Notes under the pieces: model-generated
The model's input: the letters and a program-made list of their open reading frames with translations, nothing else
Database searches by the model: none
What the model was told of the DNA's origin: nothing
Assembly: GCF_036321535.1 (NCBI RefSeq)
Contig: NC_087436.1
Coordinates: forward strand, 102,984,001 to 103,048,000
Length of the DNA stretch: 64,000 nt
DNA from: Camelus dromedarius
Lineage: Eukaryota
Reading direction: 5' to 3'
Program-made: the position numbers and the translations under genes
Part shown: piece after piece, positions 53,901-64,000 of the stretch
Numbering within the stretch: the first letter of the stretch is position 1
Layout: every line of letters starts with the position of its first letter

Positions 53901-56900
53901 GAAGCTGTAGAGTGGTTTTTTTTTTCCCCATTAACAAGAGAACATTTCAATTCAGTTGGTGTTCCTTTAGTCACTGAGGGAGCATTACCACTAACATTAG
54001 CACTTTGAAATGGTTACAGTCAAGTTTCAGATCACAATCCTCATACCATTACTGACGGGTAATGGTTTTCAAACAATACAACTGTAAGAGAGAGCCCGGG
54101 AATGGCCTGGGAAAAGAGAGGTGGGACAGTAGCTCTGCTGAAAGGTAAGAATCTCCTGACTGAAAAACCTCCTTTACACATTGACTGAACACCAAATGGA
54201 CCTTTCCTATTGACAATCTAAACGGATTTCTGAGAACGGGGTAGTCCAGTAACAAAAACGCATTTCCTCAAAATTGAAGTGAATTGCTAACGCTGCTGCT
54301 TGAAAGAATGACCTCTTAGAAGACAGGGCAGAAGAATTCAGCGATGTTCCTTCTCCAACTGTGTACAGTTAGCAGAACTGTCAGCCATTCCTGGTATCCC
54401 TAGGAATGGCCCCTTTGAGCAAGAAAGGGAGAAGAGGTCCAAGACTAGTGTGATCCTGTAGAGAAGATTCATTAAGTACCTATTACTGCTCTCTTGGTCA
54501 TTCAGCTTCATCATTCCCCAGACAATTCAGGTCTTGCAAGAAAGATATGGATACCTGCATGAGTTTCATTTAACATTTTACCTTTAGCATAAGTGCCAAA
54601 ATATAAAGTGTCAATGCCCCAAGTGATTCCCCACGGGGCTCTAATATATTTACCAGATACTTGTACTATGCCATAGTCTGATAGACAGTGTCTCTAGGTT
54701 GACGTATCTTCCTGCTATTTTGCAGAGGTTGGCTCAAAAAGGTTTTAAAAAAGTGACAGTGAAGCATTTTAGCATTCTTTGATTCAACTCAAAGCAATGC
54801 TTAGAATTTCATTCACATTTTTTCCATTGTATGAATATGGATTCTCAGCATGAACGATGGCTTTTCATTATCATCCAAAAGTCATTACCTCTGTTATTCT
54901 TAAAATGAAAAAAAGAATCACATAAACCCATATGATAAAAATAACCAGTTTTTCAAACATAAATCTACCAGAATAATAGCAGTATGCTTATCTGATCTGT
55001 GTGCATTTGCCTGGTTTTGCAATGAAGGGGTATGTCTTGATGGGTTTGATCACATTTTTCATATTTTATAATTGCTTCTCAGACATCAGAGAAGACAAGT
55101 ACTCTCAGACTACTGGGAGATGGAATGAAGCTATTTTATCAAAATATTTAGAAAATATAAAAAAAAAATCTTTCACCTGAAAAATGTTACATAAATCAAC
55201 AAATGCTGATATGATGAAGCATTTTGATCTGGACTGGCTATATATAATTGTCTACACAGACCTGAACAATAAGCCTTTCTAAGACAAAGCACTCAGAATA
55301 GAATTTTAAGATTATTCACGATTAACATTCTGGATTTTTAAAGTTGCATTCCTCCACTTGTTTACTACATTAACTGGAGAGCTTAGATACCATTTCCCAA
55401 TTCTAGTTAAGTAACTTCCCATTCAGGGCATTGCCTGAAACTGTATTAGTAACTGAATGGTTGCATGTTAGTCAAGAAATGACACGGCAATTTTATCTAT
55501 TCTCTTTGCTAAGATCCTTTGACGGTTCGAATGTCTTACGGTGGAGAAGGATGAGCATCAGCAAAAGAAACCTGAAGGTGATATTAAGCGTGTTTAGTTG
55601 TTCTAATCACTATGTTTCCATAGAGAAGGTCATCTCCATGACATTTAAAGTGGAAATGAAAGTTTAAGTCTGGAGTGACAGTACATCAGTGCTAATGAAG
55701 ATGGTCCAGGGCTCCCGAGGAAAGTTTTCATTGGAGTGGAACGTAAATAAGTCCGTCCTACCCAAGACATTTTCTTCCAGAGATGAAGTGAGTTTATTCA
55801 TGATGGTGAGTACCAGAGGAGTTTGATCTTGAGCTCTCTTGACATGATTTTTGAGACAAATCATCAGTGAAGTGGTATGGTCAGGAGAAAGCCATCAAGG
55901 AGAACAGGGAAGGCTAATTTAATTACCTTTGTTCCTCAGTGACATAGCTTAAATTGAGCTTGTATTTCTGAGAGCACAGGGATATTTGCATGCTTGGATT
56001 TTCATAAATGGAAAATGAACTCAAAGCACTTGGCCTACAGATAATGTATCACTTTATATCTGAAGGACGAAAAATACACCAGGGAGTCAAGGGAATCTGA
56101 AAACTCCTCTTTTCTCTCACTGTTTCCTGATTTTTTTGGGAGGATGGCAGCGAGGATTAGTTTAAAAGTAAAATAAAGTGTAATAAATACAATACAAAAG
56201 CTGAAAAAAATGGAAAACCAAGATACATACCCTAAATAAATGTTCTTGAGGAAGAGCGGTAAATAGTGGCTGTGGGTAAAAGAAATCATTTCACTTCCGG
56301 ATGATTAATTTATCAATGAATCGAACAAAGACATATTAAAGATCTTTGAAACTGGTTTGTACCCAGATACATTCTGGCACTAAAATGTTACGTAGCAGAA
56401 ACTTTGTCTATATGACTGAATTTGCAAAAAAAATCCTGGAAATGTCAGGATAATGATTCTAAGCTGTTCTAGGAAAATTGGGAAAAAATGGAAATTTTCC
56501 AATAATATTCAAAGATTGAAAACCTTGGAATTCTTTCTACTAAAAATCTAGTAGTACTGTAATTTCCTGGAAGTGGACCTAATTAAAACACATAAAAAAG
56601 CAATTCACACTCCTGGCTTCCAAATCTTTCAGTAAATTTAGATTTATTTAAGTTAATTTCTTCTGCATTTCTTGTAGCTTGTTGTCACTTAAGTTTCCTA
56701 TCTATGATCATTGTTTGAGATTTTATTAATGTTCAATTTTATCTAAGTAATGAAAAGTTAATAAAGCTATTAAAATATAATGAAAACTATAACTTTGCTG
56801 TAGAGGTAAATAATTAAGTGTTTGTGAAACACTGACTCATAATTCCGTGGAGTTTATGAGCAATATAAATTTATAAAATTCAAGTAAATGAAGCATCAGT

Positions 56901-57708
56901 AAGTGTAAGCTATTATTGTAGCTTGAGGAGAGAACAGTAAATAGCAACCCTTTTTCTTCCTGCTCAAGTTGGTGTCACTTAAGAGACACAGGAATCAAAC
57001 AGGTGGAGATCAAAAGAGCAGCACCAATACTGATAAAGCCTAAACTGGAGAAAACCTTTTTCTCTCTGTTAGCTACGTGGGCTTGCTCAGGCTACCTCCT
57101 GAAACTGAACGTGCCCCTCTAGTTTTAACTGGTGCTGGGAACTTACAGGACTTCTCCATGGGGTCCTGCCCCTGTAAAGTCTTAAGGAAGGTGATGCAGA
57201 GAGTATGTGCTCTCCTTCAGCAGGTGTATCAGAGAGAGAGAGAACTGGTTCACACTTGTTAATTCTCTCAATCTCATCAATGAGAACAGTGTCTCGTCCT
57301 CCTGTGATCAAAACTGAATCTAAGGACAGCCCCATATTTTACTTTACTGGAGGAACTTTTTTTTACTGGAATTAAAAAATAATGATAATAACAATAACCT
57401 CTTGAGCTTTCTAAACATGCCTATATTTGGAATGAGGTAGATGAACTATTCAAGTATTTTCAGTTTTGACCATGTAGTCTCAGTTTGACTGTCAGAGTGA
57501 ACAGTGATAGGATAATTGCTGCTTCACATCACCTTCTCACATGAGCATTCCTTTAACTGTATTACAAAAGGAAACAGAAATTAATAAATGCTTTAGCCAT
57601 TGTCATTAAATGCTTAACAGCTAATCATATAACTCTAGATTCCTTTATCTGCTGTGCTGTGTATGTCCTCAGAGGAAGAACCAGGATGTGCAACAGAGAT
57701 GGTACCCT

Positions 57709-58145
57709 TTGGGAGTTTGAGATTTGCAAATACTAACTAATATATATAAAGTAGATAAATAACAAGTTCATATTGTATAGCAAGGGGAACTACATTCAAT
57801 ATCTTGTAGTAACCTATAGTGAAAAAGAATATGAAAACAAATATCTGTATGTTCATGTATGACTGAAGCATTGTGCTGTACACCAGAAATTGATACAACA
57901 TTGTAAACTAACTATAACTCAATAAAAAATTATAAAAAAAGATTTGCAGATACTAACTACTATACATAAAACAGATGAACAAGTTTATACTGTACAGAAC
58001 AGGGAACTATATTCAATATCTCATAGTAACCTACAAGGAAAAAGAATGTGAAAAGGAATATATGTATGTATATGTATGACTGAAACATTATGTTGTACAC
58101 CAGAAATTGATATAACATTGTAAACTGACTATACTTCAGTAAAAT
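57709..58145 (+). mobile_element. Two head-to-tail L1 3' UTR fragments (period 220 bp)
   Basis: Both units match 44081-44295. Unit 1 about 57709-57939 with A tail; unit 2 57940-58145. Confidence 0.92.
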
Positions 58146-59248
58146 ATATGTACAAAACATTACAATAATCTAAAAAAATAATATAATAGTTGCCCCTATA
58201 GTCTGTCCTCAAGGGCCTTTGTTTCTCTTGTATGTTTTATGGGTTGAGAAAAGGGGAGAAAAGGCGTTAAAAGCAATGAGGAGAGCTATGCTGCTTTACT
58301 AAGATTAATTGCAATAAAACTCCATTATTCCTCAGGTGAGATTTGGAATAGAGACAACAAGATAGTACTGTTAAAAACAATGCTGAGATAGGAAACTTAT
58401 CTCCTAATAGACATTCTTTTGACTGGTAGAAAGGATGAGTTTCAAATGTGCAACATTATGAAAAGTATAAAACAGAAAACAAAAGTGAAGCATTTAAGGC
58501 TTATTAAATTTGTGGTTGTCATATTCAATTGCAAGAGCATGGCAGATATAGAAATCATCTTTTATGTTGTATGTAAAGCTCATTAAAGTTAAACAGATGT
58601 GACATACCTATAGTGCTTGGGTGGACTATCAGTGCAAGATAGATGCTGTATGAGCAATACACATGCAGGCAGTTGTTAAGCTAAGTGAAAAATGGACACC
58701 AAATGGACACTGCTGTACCATAGACTTTGAGATGGCAAGATGTTTGAGGCAAAATCTAGCTCTTATTGGATTGAATTAAGATACATTGTTTCACTTTTCT
58801 ATAAAAATATCACTTATTTTCATGTTCTTGATTGTGTATCAGTCATTCCAGGGTTAATGACATTGCTAAAGATTTAGGAAGAGTGAAATCTATGAGATAG
58901 AATCGTAAGAGTTGTAATGAGACTAAAGAACTCCATAGTGACGGGATGACACGTCTATTCTATTTTGTATCTATTCTATCTTGGGGGTGATTTAGCAGAA
59001 CCACTTAGCTCCAACACGAACTGACTTTTTCCAGCTTAGTAGATGAGATGATATTTGGCCTCAATGTCCTTTTCCTTTTAGACATCAATTTAAAACATCT
59101 GGGCAAGGAAGAGAAGTGTCATTTATTGGGATACAGCAGAGACTCCAGCTCTTTTTATACATACCCATTTATCTTTCAATATACCACTTTCAATGCCTAT
59201 CAGTGTTCATCAACTCACATATGCAAACAGCTATTTACAAACATGTAA

Positions 59249-59400
59249 GGGGGAGGGTATAGCTCAAGTGGTAGAGAGTATGCTTAGCATGCACAAGGTC
59301 CTGGGTTCAATCCCCAGTACCTCCAAAAATAAGTAAATCAGATTACAACCCCCTCAAAAAGAAAAATAAAGACAAACAAACAAAAACAACACCCACCCCA
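59249..59400 (+). mobile_element. tRNA-derived SINE, camelid Vic-1-like
   Basis: GGGGGAGGGTATAGCTCAAGTGGTAGAG (A box), GGTTCAATCCC (B box), A-rich tail; homologous to 21900-22056. Confidence 0.92.
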
Positions 59401-60509
59401 AAATGTATTTTTTATAGATTTATAGATGAACACAATGACTTCAAAGCTTCAAAGTCTATATACTTTGAATCATTTCTTATTTGGAAAGGATTGAATATTA
59501 CCTTTTTCCCTAGTGAGTTAAATGGGTTCAAAATATAATATAATCCCAGAGCCAAAATTAATGACACAGGGCTAGAATGCAAATATTTTATAATTTTGTT
59601 CAACTTAACCTACTACAGCATGTCAAAACTAATGATTTTTTGCATATATTTTTTTCATTCTTAATATTTTCTGAATTTGGGCCTATTTTTAAAAAACTTA
59701 CTTATTTGACTTCCTCAACCTTAAAATTCAGAAGAATTGAGATGATCAAATTATAAATTGTTACCTTTATTTAAAAAATATTAATATCTGCTTTTTGCAT
59801 TTTCGACTAGTAGCTAATCTAATTGTTTAAAAAGAAAGAGATCAGTATAGTTGTATGTACTTAGCTTTCAGTCTGCCTGTTCACATATTTCTTTGGTGTC
59901 TCCCACTTTTAGCTCCCAGATACAATAAGCACGATACAAAAATAAATCAAATACAACTTCCAGCTCGTGGTCTTCTCCTCATGCTCCACCTTGGGAAGAG
60001 AAATGTTATTCTTTAAATTCCTTGAGACTCCCTTACTCTTGGCCCTTGTTTCAGGGGCCTTTACTTAGCCTATTCACCTAAGTTCAGTCTTGCTGACTAT
60101 TGATTTTTGAGGCATCTCAACTTCATCCAGCATTAGTGTCCAACAGCAGCACGATGTCTGAAGGTAAAAGCAGTTTCTGATAAGCCTAAAATGTCACCGG
60201 ACGCTCTAGGGCAACAGCCGGAGGTGATGGGCCACCACGCCTCTATATCCTTACTTGAACAAAATGGTTCAAACATGGTAGGATCACCACTAGACAGTGA
60301 GTAAGACGCTGAGGGAATTATCTACATTTGAGAGTCTGACATAATGCAAACTGCCGCAGCCAAAAGTTTAATAGGAAGAGGTCCAGAATTGGAGACACAT
60401 GCTCAAAACCCGAGGCTATGCCAATTCTTAATATGGTCCTTGGCAGTTACTTAAATTATTTCAGGTTAAGCTGCTTCATTTAAAAAGAGCAGAAAGGTGG
60501 TCTGTTTAT

Positions 60510-60735
60510 AATAGCTGTTATTTACTGAGTCCTTACTGTACCTAGACTTCTCTATATTATTTATATCTATTGTATCATTTAATCCGAATGATAATTGAGT
60601 GCAAGATTTATTAGTATTAGTCTGTCTTACATTTGAAGAAACTGAGTCCTAGAGAAGGTAAAACATTCTCGTGGGTATACATCCAGTAAATGGTGGAAGC
60701 AGAACACCGATTCAGGTCTGTCTGTCTTCAAAATC
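60510..60735 (-). mobile_element. MIR
   Basis: ATTTACTGAGTCCTTACTGTAC...TCATTTAATCC...GAAGAAACTGAGTCCTAGAGAAGGTAAA. Confidence 0.7.
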
Positions 60736-63700
60736 TGTGCAATAGGGATAAGGCTCTAGTTGGTGCTAACGTTCTATGATTATTGGTTATTTGGATGGTG
60801 GGCGTTGTCCATGGGAAGTAATAGAGGGTCTTGACACACAGGATGACCGAGAATCGCTTGTATCACTTACATAGTTTAAGGCATGAGGAGTAGTATTTTT
60901 CTCAGTAGGCTAGATGTATCTTCATCTGTATTCTTCCTTTTAGATTGGAAGCTTATCGTAGTCCTGTTTCTGGAATAAATAAGGTATAAGACTTAATCTA
61001 TTACAATGCCTGAATATAATTTGGAGATAATTGAAAAAAGCAAGGAAATCATCCCTGATTAAATTTGGAAATGGCTGTCTGGAGAACCATTATAATTTAT
61101 GAGGATTTGTTGCTCAGGGAGTAAATAATACCGGTGACAGCATTCCCTCAGAGAACAGAAGATCAAATCTGTTGCAAAGTAAGTGCCAATACCTCCTCTC
61201 AAACACACAGTGGAAGAGACAGAGGTAACAAATGATGCTGCATTTCTCTCAATGCTTATGACCCTCCTGGCTGCTTAAGAGCAGACGGACAGCATTTAAG
61301 TCTTTCAGTGTGGCTGCGTACAATAGTTTCAGAATCCCAGAACATGACTGGATGAGGTAAGTTGTCTACATAAGTGAACCCCGTACGATCACAGCTGCCA
61401 TTTTTGGCATATAAAGAAATGTTGACTCATTTCACTTAATAATCTTTTTAATTTATCTTATAATAACGATGATGAGAAAAATCTCCATGGTATAAATGAC
61501 AGCAGTACTGTGTTTATGTCATTTAGAATAATGAGAGGTACTTTGCCATTAACATCTGTGAGTGGCTGGTAATGCAACTTACTTATTGAAAATTATCACT
61601 TGTGGTTCTGTATTTCAGAGCTAACCCCCAAATCCAAGATGCAGATGCTAGCAGATTTAATTCCACCTTTAGCTCTCCTACAGCATATAAATTGAAAGCT
61701 AGGCAACTTGTCATTCAAATGAGTTATTAAAAATTGAGACCCTCGATCTCACCACTTTAAAATCTGGTGGTGTCAGCACAGACTAAGAATAATTTATGAA
61801 ATAAGGAGAGCCATTGGTCAACTGTTAGTCGTATATACTGGTGTTGTCATTTTAATTAATACATGTCCTTTTTTAATAGGCATTTGTTATATTTAATAAA
61901 TTATTGTTCTATTCATCCAGCAATATCTGGCTCTTATTGATATCTTGTTGCATAGCCTTAATAATCATTTGACATTTAGCATTTCCTAGCTAACAATGGG
62001 ATGCAATGATTCATATCTCTCAAGTGGATTATAAACTCCTAGAGGGAAGTCATTTTGTTCTACATTCATTTTATTAATTGATTAATTAATCTGACACAAA
62101 GTTAGAAGGCAGTAGGATTAGTAAATACCACAAGATTGATGAACTAAAGTTCATACTTAATATGCATAGCAGTACATATTTGTTGTATTTTTGTGATAAA
62201 GTTGACATAAAATGAAATAATATATGTAAAACATGCAATAAAGTGCCTGTAACAAAACAGATGAGGTAATACGTATGGTTTCCTTTCAGTTCTGTCCTTA
62301 ATTCTATGTTCTCATAAAAGTGTGAGTATGAAAAACATGCACACAATTTTCTCTCTTGGCAAGATGTTTGTTTTTGCGTGGGCACAACAGACAGACCAGG
62401 ATGGCGTCATTACAGATAGCACACACAATAAACCTTGTGTATGCTCAAGTCTGTCTGTAATAGCCAACTTTGAAACCCATACGAGCAGCCTAAGAAAGTA
62501 AGAAAGAAGAATCTCCATGTATTTCATTGGGAAAAAAAGCATCGCAACGAATTGCTTTCTTAGGAGATAATGTAACACAGGTCCAGCTTCCGGAAAAAAA
62601 AAAACAAAACATGCTGGCTTCTCATTTTGCATTTTACATCAATTTGTCCGAATTTTGTTTGGTTGATTGCACTGAATTGTCTTGTTTTTGAAAAACAGCA
62701 ACAGATTAAGAGAGAGCTCTCTACAGGAGAAAAAATATGCTTCTGGGAAGAAAAAGAGCAGAACAGGAGAGAAGGCATTATGAATGTGGCTAGTTGTAAG
62801 AATATTCTCTTAACAATTTTTTTTTTAGTGACCAGTGGCAGCTTTTTGAACTCACTTTGTTGGCCACAACAATTAACAGATTACTAGGTACTCAAAGCAG
62901 TCTTTATCACACAAAGTTAGAGCATCCTTGCCACAAAGAAACCAACTAATAAATAAACATACATGGAGGTCAGCAATAGTTCAGAATTAATTCCACTTCC
63001 TCCGAAGCTATGGCTGCAGTAATTCAAAGTAAATGATAATATATTATACCCCAAGTCCATAACCTTAGAAAATAAAAGCCTAGTTGGTGCTTGACTTACA
63101 CGAGCAAAACAAGTTTACAGTGCATAGGTCTGTGTTGTTTGGCAAGTAGTCAATAAAACTGTACCTTATGACTTTCTCTCCTAAAGTTCTAATCAAAACA
63201 ATTTATTTCAGGCATGTAAACCCTGCTTTTCAGGCTGAAGCTATTGTCAGCACGTGCAGCGGCATCAGCAGTAGCTGATGCAATTCTTGGATTGAGAGTC
63301 TCAGAGCTCCCCCATCTGTCTCCGTAACGGTTGGATTTCATACTGGATCAATACAGCATGTCAACTATAGTGCAAAGATTTTCCCCCTAACCTTTATAAT
63401 GCCAATTTCCCTGCTTCCAGCCTTGCCCAGCATAAAAGCAATATCTGAGGATATTATGCAAAGGATCTGGAGCTAATAGAGCTAGGAAGACATTAGCTAC
63501 CAGCACACTAATGGCTGGAGGCCAAGCATTCAGACATAATAGCCCATTTGACATCTTAAACTTTAGCCACACAAAGAGAATGTCTTTTCATGCTAGATGT
63601 TAACTTGCTTGTTTCTGTGAGCGCAGGACAGTGGGTAAAGACAAGAAAGAGATCTGTAAACAAAGCCACAGTTTATTTTTGTGTGAGAGTCATCTGGCTA

Positions 63701-64000
63701 CTCTGGTTGGTCCTCTGAATGTATTTCTCTCTCATCAGCAGTGGGAAAGGAGAATTGAATGTGATGTGTTTGTCTTCGTAAAAGGTATAACTAGATCCTG
63801 GGGGGAGACGAAGTGTTTTGCTTTGTTTCTGCTCCAGTTCTCTACTGAGAAATAAAACCAAGAGGATTCAATTCTTTTCCTTGCAATGAACTTGGAGCTG
63901 CCATGACTCACTGCTCACAGCCACAGCGAGCGGATCGCTGTGTATCACTGCCCCTCAGTGGCTGGCCAACAGCAAACCTTTTTAACACCTATGGAACATC

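Noticed and set aside
57073..57262. Acceptor-like TTTTCTCTCTGTTAG followed by a 61-aa ORF
   Set aside because: No convincing donor and no recognisable peptide. Such pseudo-acceptors are common in AT-rich DNA.
60112..60163. Possible exon ending ACGATGTCTGAAG|GTAAAA (MSE start)
   Set aside because: Weak splice sites; joining to the 61309 candidate exon gives an early stop; no recognisable product.
1..64000. The many 60-143 aa ORFs in the track as genes
   Set aside because: They are short, often start at non-ATG codons, lie mostly in repeats or low-complexity DNA and have no recognisable domains. Only the L1 ORF2 fragments are real homologies.

Overview
AT-rich, CpG-poor mammalian nuclear DNA, intronic or intergenic. 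Two tRNA-derived SINEs of the camelid Vic-1 type, plus a repeated lineage-type L1 3' UTR, point to a camelid (alpaca, llama or camel). I cannot support any protein-coding gene. The only ORFs with recognisable protein similarity are broken LINE-1 ORF2 fragments (7.9-8.4 kb and 42.6-44.0 kb). A large part of the window is interspersed repeat: MaLR LTRs and one MaLR internal segment, ERV1/ERVL-type solo LTRs, MER21-like LTRs, old and young L1, L2, MIR, SINEs and microsatellites. Repeat-poor unique sequence lies at about 16-21.5 kb and 52.3-64 kb. I found no evidence of a novel biological system. The best observations are mechanistic traces of retrotransposition and a few weak enhancer-like motif clusters. 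These include an in-register head-to-tail L1 3' UTR dimer, an L1 whose target-site duplication (TSD) resembles the L1 template at the 5' junction, nested LTRs, and microsatellites born inside L1. Repeat subfamily names come from remembered consensus sequences, and boundaries without a TSD are approximate.
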